In this document: in pieces, positions 39,965 through 49,070 of the stretch
How the letters are laid out: each line of letters begins with the position of its first letter
Numbering within the stretch: position 1 is the stretch's first letter
Assembly (NCBI GenBank): GCA_965223345.1
Contig: CBDCWG010000012.1
Span: forward strand, 2,656,001-2,720,000
Reading direction: 5' to 3'
Source of the DNA: Nitrospinales bacterium
GTDB lineage: Bacteria; Nitrospinota; Nitrospinia; Nitrospinales; VA-1
Length of the DNA stretch: 64,000 bases
Notes under the pieces: generated by a model
Told to the model about the DNA's origin: nothing
What the model saw: only the letters and a program-made list of their open reading frames with translations
The model's database searches: none
Program-made: the position numbers and the translations under genes

Positions 39965-41794
39965 ATGAGCGAAATTTTCAAAATCAGCGACAAGGTGCAG
40001 GTGCTGCCGGTGGTGCACGGCAGCGGCAGCTACACGCGCGAGGTGCGTCAGCGCATCCTGGCTTCGGGCTGCGATTGTCTCGCGGTGGCCCTGCCGCCGG
40101 AATTTCAGGCCACCGTCGAAGAAGGCGTGCGGCATCTGCCGCTGATCTCCCTGAGCTGCGTGGAGGAGGCCGACGGCACCCAGAGCTACGTTCCCATCGA
40201 CCCGACCCAGCCGGTCATCATGGGGCTGAGGATCGCGTTGCAGGAAGGCATCCGGCGCGAGTTCATCGATCTCAGCGTGAAGTCCTTCGAACCGCGGCGC
40301 GTCGATTTCCCCGACACTTTCGCGCTGCGCGGGCTCTCGATGGAGCGGTTCAACGCGGCGCTTCTGCCCTTCATCGAACGGCCGCAGGCGGGTGGCCAGC
40401 ACGACAAACGCGCGCGCTGGATGGCGTATCAGCTCAACCGGCTGGAGGTGGAGCACAAAAAGATCGTCTTCATCTGCTCGATCCTCGACTGGCCGTGGAT
40501 CCGCGAGGCCTATCAGGAGCGCAAGCCTTACGACCCACCCGAGACGCCGGACGGCGTTCCGCACCTGTATGCGGTGGAGAAAAACACGCTGTTCTTCGCG
40601 CTGACGGAATTTCCCTACATCACCTATCTGTACGAGCGCAACCGCAAAGAGCTGCGGTCCGACAAGGACGTGATGCTCGACGGGGTGAAGGAGATCCTGC
40701 TCAGGGCGCGCGAGCTGTTTCTCAAGAAAAAGAGAGTGCGCTACCACAACCTTTCGACGCAGTCATTCCAGATATTTCTGCAGTACGTGCGCAACCTCAC
40801 GCTGATGGAAAGCCGTCTGACGCCGGATCTGTACACGATGGTCACGGCGGCCAAGCAGATCGGCGGCGACCGCTTCGCCATCGCGGTTCTCGATGCGGCG
40901 CGCGATTACCCGTACCAGAAACCGGAAGCGCTCGACACGCTGGCGCTGGGAATCGACCAGGCGGTGTTCGATCCGGAGGACAACAAGCCGGTGCGCATGA
41001 AAAACCGGCTGTCGGAGGTGCTGCTGGAATGGCGCACGCTCGATCTCAAGCCGGAGCCGGACATCGACAAGCAAACCAAATGGCGCTACCGCTGGAACCC
41101 GTTCGGGCAGTGTTCCTGGCCGCCGGAAGACGAAAAGATCGAAAACCTCAACACGCACGTGCGCGAGCAGTCGAAACTGCTGCTCAGCCACGATCTGGCG
41201 CGCACGGAAAAGTTCACCTCCTCGGTGAAGGACGGCATCGACATCCGCGACACGCTGCGCAACTGGCACACCGGCGACATCTATGTGAAAGAGATCCCGC
41301 CCTCGCGCGGCGAGGTGGAGGTGGTGGTGTTCCTGTTCGATCCGGAGCCGGACCCCATGCAGTACAGCTGGCGGCAGACCTGGTACGCGGAGCACGACGA
41401 GGAATCGACCCTGTGCTTTTACGCCACCGAGTACATGAACCAGCTGGTGGGGCCGGGAATCGGCGAGGCCACCTACGGCGGCTGCATGATGCTGTTTCCG
41501 CCGCGGCCGATCGCCAACGTCTGGGAGGACCCGATGATCCACATCGCCGACACGCTGGAAGAAAAACTGCTGGAGGCGGCATTTTACCATTCGCGCGAAC
41601 GCAACGTCACGGTGGTGTCCCCCTGCCCTCCACGGCCCAGCTGGCGGCGGCTGGCGCGGCTGTTTCAGAAAACCCTCATCCACATTCCGATGAAGCGTTT
41701 TTCCAATCAGACCCTGGAACGGGTGCGGCGCTTTCACGTGCTGAACGGCAAGGAGATCCGTTCCTTCGCGCAGCGGTTCATTCAGGATATCTAG
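39965..41794 (+). CDS. Conserved hypothetical protein, probable partner of the MoxR ATPase
   Basis: 609 aa, co-oriented and tightly spaced; N-terminus VLPVVHGS...AVALP and internal GIDIRDTLRNWH. Confidence 0.85.
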   Translation: MSEIFKISDKVQVLPVVHGSGSYTREVRQRILASGCDCLAVALPPEFQATVEEGVRHLPLISLSCVEEADGTQSYVPIDPTQPVIMGLRIALQEGIRREFIDLSVKSFEPRRVDFPDTFALRGLSMERFNAALLPFIERPQAGGQHDKRARWMAYQLNRLEVEHKKIVFICSILDWPWIREAYQERKPYDPPETPDGVPHLYAVEKNTLFFALTEFPYITYLYERNRKELRSDKDVMLDGVKEILLRARELFLKKKRVRYHNLSTQSFQIFLQYVRNLTLMESRLTPDLYTMVTAAKQIGGDRFAIAVLDAARDYPYQKPEALDTLALGIDQAVFDPEDNKPVRMKNRLSEVLLEWRTLDLKPEPDIDKQTKWRYRWNPFGQCSWPPEDEKIENLNTHVREQSKLLLSHDLARTEKFTSSVKDGIDIRDTLRNWHTGDIYVKEIPPSRGEVEVVVFLFDPEPDPMQYSWRQTWYAEHDEESTLCFYATEYMNQLVGPGIGEATYGGCMMLFPPRPIANVWEDPMIHIADTLEEKLLEAAFYHSRERNVTVVSPCPPRPSWRRLARLFQKTLIHIPMKRFSNQTLERVRRFHVLNGKEIRSFAQRFIQDI

Positions 41795-41797
41795 CGC

Positions 41798-42268
41798 GTG
41801 CCGACACAACCCGAAAAACTATCGATCCGCGCCGGGCGTCCCGGCGATCTGGAAACACTGGTGCAATACAACCTCGCGCTGGCGCGCGAGACCGAATCGC
41901 TGACGCTCGATGCCGCCGTATTGCGTTCCGGTGTGGAAAAGGCGCTGGCGCGGCCGGAGAGCAGCCGCTACTTCGTCGCCGAAGCGAAAGAGAAAGTGAT
42001 CGGCCAGACGATGGTCACCTTCGAGTGGAGCGACTGGCGCGACGGGTTCATCTGGTGGCTGCAGAGCGTGTACGTGCATCCGGATCACCGCTCGCAGGGC
42101 GTGTTCCACAAAATCTACAGCCACATCGAGCAGGAAGCGCGCAAAGACCAGGCGGCGCGGGCCATCCGGCTTTACGTGATGGAAGACAACGCGCGCGGCA
42201 TGGGCGCGTACAAAAAAGCCGGCCTCGCCCCTTCGGGCTATGTCGTGTACGAGCGCGAGTTGGAGTGA
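41798..42268 (+). CDS. GNAT N-acetyltransferase
   Basis: WLQSVYVHPDHRSQGVF and N.....YKKAG. Confidence 0.92.
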   Translation: MPTQPEKLSIRAGRPGDLETLVQYNLALARETESLTLDAAVLRSGVEKALARPESSRYFVAEAKEKVIGQTMVTFEWSDWRDGFIWWLQSVYVHPDHRSQGVFHKIYSHIEQEARKDQAARAIRLYVMEDNARGMGAYKKAGLAPSGYVVYERELE

Positions 42269-42278
42269 ACCCCACTCT

Positions 42279-42731
42279 CTATTTCGAGAATTGCCGGATA
42301 TACAGGATCAGCTGCCAGACCTGCTTTTCCTTGAGGTTGTCGTAGGAAGGCATGGAGGTGTGCGGGATTCCGTAGGTGATGGCCCAGAATAGTTGGCCGT
42401 CTGGAATGGAATTCATCGTCTCCGCGCAGGTGAAATTGCGCGGCACCGGGAAACTGTCCGACGCCATTTCGCCCAGGCCGTCGCCGAGCACGCCGTGGCA
42501 GTGCTTGCATTGCAGGGTCTTGGCTCTCACTTCGTATAAGAGTTTTCCCTTCTTCAGAGTTTTCGCACTCTTTTCCAGCGGATTGGTTTTTTGCAAGTAA
42601 TCGGCCGGGGCCTTCGGGGTTTTTTCCCGCGACTGCGGACATTGCGGGCTGGTCTCGGCGGCGGACACGCCGGGCGCGGCTTGCAGGAGCAGTATCAGCG
42701 CCATTCCTGAAATCGTGTTTCGCAATCGCAT
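42279..42731 (-). CDS. Class I c-type cytochrome
   Basis: Signal peptide, CKHCHG, PRNFT, GIPHTSMP (distal Met) and WQLILYIR. Confidence 0.9.
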   Translation of the reverse strand: MRLRNTISGMALILLLQAAPGVSAAETSPQCPQSREKTPKAPADYLQKTNPLEKSAKTLKKGKLLYEVRAKTLQCKHCHGVLGDGLGEMASDSFPVPRNFTCAETMNSIPDGQLFWAITYGIPHTSMPSYDNLKEKQVWQLILYIRQFSK

Positions 42732-42754
42732 GGTCGATCTCTTTCGAGTGTGCT

Positions 42755-43339
42755 CTAGTTGACGGTGTCCGCGGAACCAAAGGAGAACGAGTGGTCGCCG
42801 CCGGAGCTGCGCAGCCGTTGCAGCGCCTGCTGAACGCGGTCGGGAAACGCGCGGTCGCATTCGTTGAGGTAGCGCATGACCGAGATCATCCAGTCGGATT
42901 CCTGCGGCGCGCGGATGAGGGCGATGTTTGCGTCCTCGAATTCGCGGCAGATCTTGTCCTCGGCCTGCGACAGGCTGGGCAGGGTTTCTTTCCTGTGAAT
43001 GGTGAGCGGGCGGATCGGGTCCACCTGGATCACTTCCAGTCCCTGGTATTCCTCGGGCACCACTTCGGTGACGAATTCCTCGATGGGCACGCCGCTGATG
43101 TCCATCCAGCCGGGGCGGCTGAGCGAGGCCACATACAACGGAGCCCGCTGGATTGCCGCGTGCTCGGCGTGACCGACGCGCAGGACGGTGGCGTCCGCGC
43201 CCGCCGGGCCGAACACCGCGAAATCCCAGCGGCCGTAGGTGAGCTGCGACTGCCGTTGCAGGATCTCGGTCTTCTCGAAAGCCTGAGTGATCTTCTCGAT
43301 GGCTTTTTTGTCTTTGGCTTTCAGCTTGAACTGCGGCAT
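42755..43339 (-). CDS. Hypothetical protein
   Basis: 194 aa ORF with GAGG RBS and host-like codon usage. Confidence 0.75.
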   Translation of the reverse strand: MPQFKLKAKDKKAIEKITQAFEKTEILQRQSQLTYGRWDFAVFGPAGADATVLRVGHAEHAAIQRAPLYVASLSRPGWMDISGVPIEEFVTEVVPEEYQGLEVIQVDPIRPLTIHRKETLPSLSQAEDKICREFEDANIALIRAPQESDWMISVMRYLNECDRAFPDRVQQALQRLRSSGGDHSFSFGSADTVN

Positions 43340-43510
43340 CGCGTTTTCCTCTGCGTATACTGCTATTATAACACGGGCGCGGGGCGGGCATTTTCATTAA
43401 TCCGTTTCCGGAGCCGCTTCATTCTGTTATACTTGCGGATGCGTTCTTCATCATCTCCGGGCGCGCCGATTCCGTTTGACACCCTTGACCCACCTTTTCA
43501 TCTCTCCTGA

Positions 43511-45076
43511 ATGGAGTCTAACAAAACAGTGAGCCGTGCGGCGGGCGCCGTCGGCAGCATGACGCTTTTGTCTCGGTTGTTCGGGCTGCTGCGCGATCTG
43601 GTGATCGGCATGAAGTTCGGCTCCTCCGCGGCGGCGGACGCGTTTTTCGTGGCTTTCCGCATCCCCAATGTGCAGCGGCGCATCCTCGGCGAGGGTGCGG
43701 TCAGCGCCGCGTTCATCCCGGTGTTCTCGGACGTGCTCAACACCAAGGGGGAGAAAGCCGCCTGGGAGATGGCGTCGAACCTGTTCAACATCTTCCTCAC
43801 GGTGCTGTTCCTGATGACCGCGGGCATCCTGTTTTTCAGCCCGGCGGTGATCACCGTGTTCGCGCCGGGATTTCTCGACGAGCCGGACAAGTTCGACCTG
43901 ACCGTCCGTCTCACCCGCTGGATGGCGCCGTACCTGTTTTTCATCGGCCTCGCCGCGTTCTGCATGGGCATCCTCAACACGTTTCAGAAATTCGCCCTGC
44001 CCGCTGCGGCGCCGGTGCTGCTGAACATCAGCATGATCCTCGGCGCGCTGGTGGTTTCGCCGATGCTGGAAGAACCCATCCTCGGTCTGGTGTTCGGTGT
44101 TCTCGCGGGCGGCGTGCTGCAGTTCATGGTGCAGTTGCCGGAGACGTTGAAGCGCGGTTTCCGCTTCACCGCCACCTTCGACCGCAAGCACCCGGATGTG
44201 GTGAAGGTCGGCAAGCTGCTGCTGCCGGTCATCTTCGGGCTGGCGGTGTACGAGTTGAACATGCTGGTGGACACGCTGCTGGCTTCGCTGCTGCCGGGCG
44301 GCTCGATCTCGTATCTCTACTACGGCAACCGGCTGGTGCAGCTACCGCTCGGCGTGTTCGGCGTGGCGCTGGGCGTGGCGATCCTGCCGACGCTGTCGGC
44401 GCATGCGGCGCGCAAGGAGTTCGCCGAGCTGATCCAGACGCTGGCGTTCGGCATCCGCTTCATCCTGTTCATCACCGTGCCCGCGACGGTGGGGCTCATC
44501 GTTCTGCGTTTCCCCATCGTCAACACGCTGTGGGAACGCGGCGAGTTTCAGCGCGCCACGACCGAGGGCACTGCGGTGGCGCTCTTGTATTATTCGATCG
44601 GGCTGTGCGCGTTCGCGGGCGTCAAGGTGGTGGCGCCGGCGTTTTTCTCGCTGCAGGACACGAAGACGCCGGTGCGTGTCGGCGTGTGGGCGGCGCTGCT
44701 CAACATCGGTCTCAATATCGCGCTCATGGGGCCGCTGCAGCACGGCGGCCTGGCGCTGGCGACGTCGCTGTCCGCCATCTTCAATGTGGTGCTGTTGATT
44801 TATTTCCTCAGAAAGCGGGTGGGGCTGATGGGCGGGCGCAAGATCCTCCAGTCCACGCTCAAGCTGGCTTTTTCGGCGACGCTCATGGGGATTTCCGTGC
44901 ACTACGCCAGCCTCTGGCTGTTCGATCCCGCAGCGGGACTGCTGGTGAAAATCGCGGTGCTCACCGGCTGCATCGGGCTGGGGACGGCGGTGTTCGCGGT
45001 TTTATCCTTCTTGCTGAAAAACGACGAGCTGATCTTCCTGATCGACCTGCTCAAAAAACGCCGCCCCGCCGCCTGA
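43511..45076 (+). CDS. murJ: Lipid II flippase MurJ (MviN)
   Basis: SRLFGLLRD, AFRIPN..RR..GEGA.SAAFIP, RLVQLPLG and DTKTPV. Confidence 0.97.
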   Translation: MESNKTVSRAAGAVGSMTLLSRLFGLLRDLVIGMKFGSSAAADAFFVAFRIPNVQRRILGEGAVSAAFIPVFSDVLNTKGEKAAWEMASNLFNIFLTVLFLMTAGILFFSPAVITVFAPGFLDEPDKFDLTVRLTRWMAPYLFFIGLAAFCMGILNTFQKFALPAAAPVLLNISMILGALVVSPMLEEPILGLVFGVLAGGVLQFMVQLPETLKRGFRFTATFDRKHPDVVKVGKLLLPVIFGLAVYELNMLVDTLLASLLPGGSISYLYYGNRLVQLPLGVFGVALGVAILPTLSAHAARKEFAELIQTLAFGIRFILFITVPATVGLIVLRFPIVNTLWERGEFQRATTEGTAVALLYYSIGLCAFAGVKVVAPAFFSLQDTKTPVRVGVWAALLNIGLNIALMGPLQHGGLALATSLSAIFNVVLLIYFLRKRVGLMGGRKILQSTLKLAFSATLMGISVHYASLWLFDPAAGLLVKIAVLTGCIGLGTAVFAVLSFLLKNDELIFLIDLLKKRRPAA

Positions 45077-45085
45077 ACCGCGGGG

Positions 45086-45113
45086 TTGTCAAAATCCCGC
45101 TATCCTCTATAAT
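45086..45113 (+). promoter_or_regulatory. Putative sigma70 promoter of thrH
   Basis: TTGTCA (45086-45091), 16 bp spacer, TATAAT (45108-45113). Confidence 0.5.
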
Positions 45114-45194
45114 GTCGCGGATTTCAACGCTCATTGCGGAAGGCCCCCGCCCCTGCTGCGGGTGGCGGCCGGTGTTTATTTCATTTGAAAGGAT

Positions 45195-45821
45195 GTGTGC
45201 ATGATTGCCTGTCTGGATTTGGAAGGGGTCCTGGTGCCCGAAGTGTGGATCGCGTTTGCGGAAAAGACCGGGATCGAGAAACTGCGCCTGACGACGCGGG
45301 ACATCCCCGATTACGACGAACTGATGCGGGGCCGCCTGAAAATCCTGGCGGAGAACAATCTGAAGCTTAAGGATATTCAGAACGTCATCGGCGGGATCGC
45401 GCCGCTGCCGGGGGCGTTCGAGTTTTTACAATGGCTGCATTCGGAATTTCAGGTGATCATCCTTTCGGACACGTTCTACGAATTCGCGGGACCCTTGATG
45501 GCGCAGCTCAACCACCCGACGCTGTTCTGCCACAGCCTGGTGGTGGATGCGGATGGCCGCATTGCGGATTACAAGCTGAGGATCGACGACGGCAAGACCC
45601 GGGCGGTGGACGCACTCAAGAAGCTCAATTTCAGGGTGGTGGCGGCGGGGGATTCTTACAACGACACGGGCATGCTGAAAAAAGCCGACGCGGGGATTCT
45701 GTTTAGGCCGCCGGACAACGTGATCGAGGAGTTTCCGCAGTTTCCGGTGGCCCGCACCTACGATGAGTTCAAGGAAGCGCTGCTAGCGGCGCGCAAGTCG
45801 GTGGCGTCCGGGGTGGGTTGA
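45195..45821 (+). CDS. thrH: Phosphoserine phosphatase / homoserine phosphotransferase ThrH
   Basis: CLDLEGVLVPE.W, TTRDIPDYDELM, ILSDTF and AAGDSYND. Confidence 0.95.
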   Translation: MCMIACLDLEGVLVPEVWIAFAEKTGIEKLRLTTRDIPDYDELMRGRLKILAENNLKLKDIQNVIGGIAPLPGAFEFLQWLHSEFQVIILSDTFYEFAGPLMAQLNHPTLFCHSLVVDADGRIADYKLRIDDGKTRAVDALKKLNFRVVAAGDSYNDTGMLKKADAGILFRPPDNVIEEFPQFPVARTYDEFKEALLAARKSVASGVG

Positions 45822-45824
45822 GGT

Positions 45825-46358
45825 TCACTGGATTTCCGAATCGAGCGCCGCTTTCGGCACCCACCCGGTCTGACCCTTGAAGGCGATTTTCCACCATTCC
45901 TCGTTGCCGTCGAGGATGCTCACCTTGGTGCCCTTCTTTAAAGTGGCGACCAGTTTGGCTTTCTCCTCGGGTTTTTCGCGCATCTGGGCCTTGATGGTCT
46001 TGATGTTGTGGATGGTTTTGTAGTCCACCGAATGCGGTTGCACGGCTTCTCCCTCTGCGGAAGGCTGTGGAATGCGCGTCACTTCCTCTTTTTTCGCAAA
46101 CAGGCTGCTGAAATCGAAATCGATCTTGAACAGCGCGACCGCGCCGAATATCAGGACGATGAGCAGGATGCGGAAACCCGCCTGACCGAAGCTCATGCCC
46201 TCATCGACTTCCTCCTCGGGCGGATTGGGCGGGCCGCAATGCGGGCAAAACGCCGCGCCGGCGGGAATGATGCCGCGGCAGTCGGAGCAGTATTCCTGCC
46301 CGTCTCCGTTTCCGTAGGGTTTTCTGCGGTTCGCGTCTTCGATCAAAGAATCGTTCAT
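45825..46358 (-). CDS. Zinc-ribbon + TM + bacterial SH3 domain protein
   Basis: CSDC...FCPHCG; one TM helix; C-terminal LKKGTKV...WWKI...GWV. Confidence 0.85.
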   Translation of the reverse strand: MNDSLIEDANRRKPYGNGDGQEYCSDCRGIIPAGAAFCPHCGPPNPPEEEVDEGMSFGQAGFRILLIVLIFGAVALFKIDFDFSSLFAKKEEVTRIPQPSAEGEAVQPHSVDYKTIHNIKTIKAQMREKPEEKAKLVATLKKGTKVSILDGNEEWWKIAFKGQTGWVPKAALDSEIQ

Positions 46359-46362
46359 GGCC

Positions 46363-47874
46363 TCAGTCCAGTTTGTACAAGTCGGTGTATTTTTTTTCCA
46401 GATACTCGATGAAATGCGCGGGGTTGAGCGTCTCTCCGGTGACCCGCCCGGTCAATTCGCTGGCGCTGAACAGACTGCCCTGACTGTGGATCTTCGCGTT
46501 CAGCCAGTTTTTCACCACTGAAAAATTTTGCTTTTCGACCTGCGCTTCAGTATCGGGTATTTCCTTTTTCATTGCCAGATAAAACTGACTGGCGTACATG
46601 GCGCCGAGCGTGTAGGACGGGAAATATCCGAACGAGCCGCCGCTCCAGTGCACATCCTGCAGAACGCCCAGCGTGTCGGTGGGCGGGGTGATTCCGAGGT
46701 ACTGCTGCATCTTTTCGTTCCAGACGCCGGGCAGATCATCCACCGCGAGCGAGCCGTCGAACAGGCCTCTCTCGATTTCGTAGCGCAAGATGATGTGCAA
46801 GGGATAGGTGACTTCATCGGCCTCCACGCGGATGAAGGAAGGCTGGCAGACGTTCACCGCTTTGTACAGCGCATCGGCGGTGACGCCGGTGAAGTTTTGC
46901 GGAAACGTTGCGCGCAGGGAGTCCAGGATGCCGGCGCAGAACGCCCGGCTCTGGGCGATCATGCGTTCCCAGAACAGCGACTGGGATTCGTGGATGCCCA
47001 TGGTCAGCGTTTCGGTAACCGGCAGATCGCCCTCCATGCGACCCTGCTCGTACAGGCCGTGGCCGGTTTCGTGGATCACGGCGTACAGGGATTCGATGAA
47101 GTTGTCGGTGCGGTAGCGCGTGGTGATGCGCACGTCGGTCTGGTGCCCGCCGCCGCAGAAGGGATGCACGGAGGTGTCGATGCGGCCGTGGTCGAACGAA
47201 AAGCCCATGGCGCGGCTCACCGATTTTCCCAGCGCTTCCTGCTTTTCGATAGGAAATTCGCCTTCGAGAAACGAAACGTCCGGCGGGCTGCCGTTGTCCT
47301 TGATGTTTTGGATGAGCGGAATCAGCCGCGCTTTGACGGTGTCGAAGATCGGTGTGATGGCGGCCATCGTGGTGCCACGCTCAAAAATGTCGATGTTGGC
47401 GTCGTAGGGCGCAAGATCGGGAAACACGCAGTGCGCCCATTCGGTCTTCAGGGCGACGAAGCGTTTGAGCGTCGGGGCGAAATCGGCGAAGCGGTCATCC
47501 TGCCGGGCCTGTGCCCAGACGGCATGGCCCCGCGAGCCGAGTTCGGCCAGCTCCTGCACCAGTTTCTTGGGCACGCGGGTGTCCAGATCGTAATCGCGCT
47601 TGGCCTCGCGGATGTTGCACCACTGATGCGCGTCGAAGCCCTCCGGGCCTTGCGCGTGCAGGGTTTCCAGGCACTCGCCCAGTCCGGGGTCGGTGGATTT
47701 TTCGTGCAGCACCCCGGCCAGCGCCGCCATCTGCCTGGCGCGCGCCTCGGACGATCCGGCGGGCATTACGACCTCCTGATCCCAGTGCAGCGTCGCCATG
47801 ACCCCGCCGAGACGGGAAATCTCTTCCAGTTTCTCGATGAGGCTTGTGTACACGTCCTGCGTGGCTGTGGTCAT
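46363..47874 (-). CDS. M32 carboxypeptidase (Taq-like)
   Basis: HPF, DVRITT, HETGH, HESQ, IRVEADE and QDVHW..GSFGYFPSY. Confidence 0.96.
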   Translation of the reverse strand: MTTATQDVYTSLIEKLEEISRLGGVMATLHWDQEVVMPAGSSEARARQMAALAGVLHEKSTDPGLGECLETLHAQGPEGFDAHQWCNIREAKRDYDLDTRVPKKLVQELAELGSRGHAVWAQARQDDRFADFAPTLKRFVALKTEWAHCVFPDLAPYDANIDIFERGTTMAAITPIFDTVKARLIPLIQNIKDNGSPPDVSFLEGEFPIEKQEALGKSVSRAMGFSFDHGRIDTSVHPFCGGGHQTDVRITTRYRTDNFIESLYAVIHETGHGLYEQGRMEGDLPVTETLTMGIHESQSLFWERMIAQSRAFCAGILDSLRATFPQNFTGVTADALYKAVNVCQPSFIRVEADEVTYPLHIILRYEIERGLFDGSLAVDDLPGVWNEKMQQYLGITPPTDTLGVLQDVHWSGGSFGYFPSYTLGAMYASQFYLAMKKEIPDTEAQVEKQNFSVVKNWLNAKIHSQGSLFSASELTGRVTGETLNPAHFIEYLEKKYTDLYKLD

Positions 47875-48087
47875 GGTTTTCGAAACGAAACGTTTTCAAA
47901 GGCTTTTGTTTTCGCCCGGATAGAGCGATCCTTTTGAAAATGTACCGCAAAGTGGCCGGGGACGCAAAAAAAACAAGATGAAACGCCGGCTGTAAAAAGA
48001 AAAGCGGGCTTCACACCCGTTTCTTTTTTGCGGTGTTATAATCCCGTTTGAATTTTTTTCATTCACTTATTTGGGAATGCAGACATC

Positions 48088-48339
48088 ATGAACGCAGAGA
48101 ACGAAACGGTGGCATCGATACAGGCGCGGCTGGATGTGCTGGAAAAGGGCATGGTGAGCGAGGAGAACTCGGTGCAGTATTACGACACACTGATCGAGAA
48201 AACCCCGGAAGACAGTGAAGAAAACCGCGGCAAACGGCGCATGTACGCGGACCTCAAGCAGGAGGAGATGAAGCACGTGGAGCGGTTCCGGGAGTTGATC
48301 GCCTTCTGGGAGGGAAAACTGCGCGACCTGCAAGGATAG
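48088..48339 (+). CDS. Small ferritin-like/rubrerythrin-like helix-pair protein
   Basis: E..SVQYY helix followed by EEMKH (ExxH); 83 aa. Confidence 0.75.
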   Translation: MNAENETVASIQARLDVLEKGMVSEENSVQYYDTLIEKTPEDSEENRGKRRMYADLKQEEMKHVERFRELIAFWEGKLRDLQG

Positions 48340-48382
48340 GACGGGTGTTTTCTGAAATGCGATATCGACTCGGGAGCGTGGT

Positions 48383-48790
48383 GTGACTGGAAAAAAAGCC
48401 GGATCCTGTTTGTGCAAACAGGTTCACTTCGAAATCGAAGGCAATTTTGATCGCTTCTATCTCTGCCACTGCGATCGCTGCCGCAAGGACACCGGCTCGG
48501 CGCATGCGGCAAATTTATTTTCATGGACAGCCAGGCTCAAATGGATATCGGGACAGGAAAATGTCAAAACGTTTCAGCTTCCCGCCACGCGATACGTCAG
48601 AAGCTTTTGCACCACCTGCGGCTCGGCGATGCCGAATCTGCAAATGGAAGGAAAACTCCTGGTGGTTCCGGCCGGCAGCCTGGATGACCGGTTGTCGATG
48701 ATACCCACGGCTCATATTAATATTTCCGACAAAGCCGACTGGGATGAAGATTTGGAAAAAATCCCCCGGTTTGCAGAGCTGCCGGGTTAG
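48383..48790 (+). CDS. GFA (CENP-V/Mss4-like) family protein
   Basis: GSCLC, CHCDRCRK and FCTTCGS. Confidence 0.92.
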   Translation: MTGKKAGSCLCKQVHFEIEGNFDRFYLCHCDRCRKDTGSAHAANLFSWTARLKWISGQENVKTFQLPATRYVRSFCTTCGSAMPNLQMEGKLLVVPAGSLDDRLSMIPTAHINISDKADWDEDLEKIPRFAELPG

Positions 48791-48921
48791 TTTTGATGGG
48801 GCGGCAAGACAGGAAGCCCCGTCAAAAAGTACTCATCCGTATCCGTGACACTCTCCCGGCCCCCCTGCCATCCCCTTGAAAAACCCTCGGTTTTCCGGGT
48901 TGCCCCCGCTTCCCTTAGCGA

Positions 48922-48950
48922 TTGACTTTGTTTGATCCGTGAATTACAAT
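48922..48950 (+). promoter_or_regulatory. Sigma70 promoter of the iron-uptake operon
   Basis: TTGACT (48922-48927), 17 bp spacer, TACAAT (48945-48950). Confidence 0.7.
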
Positions 48951-48965
48951 TGATAACTATTCTCA
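48951..48965 (+). promoter_or_regulatory. Fur-type operator (7-1-7 inverted repeat)
   Basis: TGATAAC-T-ATTCTCA matches TGATAAT-N-ATTATCA at 12/14 positions and directly follows the -10 box. Confidence 0.8.
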
Positions 48966-49070
48966 TTATTAATATTTCGCGGATGCGGCAGCCGCATCTA
49001 TATAACATATTGATTTATATAAATTTACTCTCAACACTCCCGCCTTCGGGATAGACAGGGTGCCAATTCC

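Noticed and set aside
39895..42345. 816-aa plus-strand ORF spanning two genes
   Set aside because: Arg/Ala/Gly-rich off-frame reading of the 609-aa gene and the GNAT gene
42279..43397. 372-aa ORF suggesting a long cytochrome c fusion
   Set aside because: Only 42279-42731 has a signal peptide and heme motif; the upstream part is an off-frame reading of the 42755-43339 gene
47994..48029. Terminator-like hairpin flanked by A and T tracts
   Set aside because: Lies between divergent gene starts with no evident transcript to terminate; function unsupported
48791..48920. Possible riboswitch or sRNA upstream of the iron operon
   Set aside because: No recognisable conserved aptamer motifs, and it lies upstream of the predicted promoter
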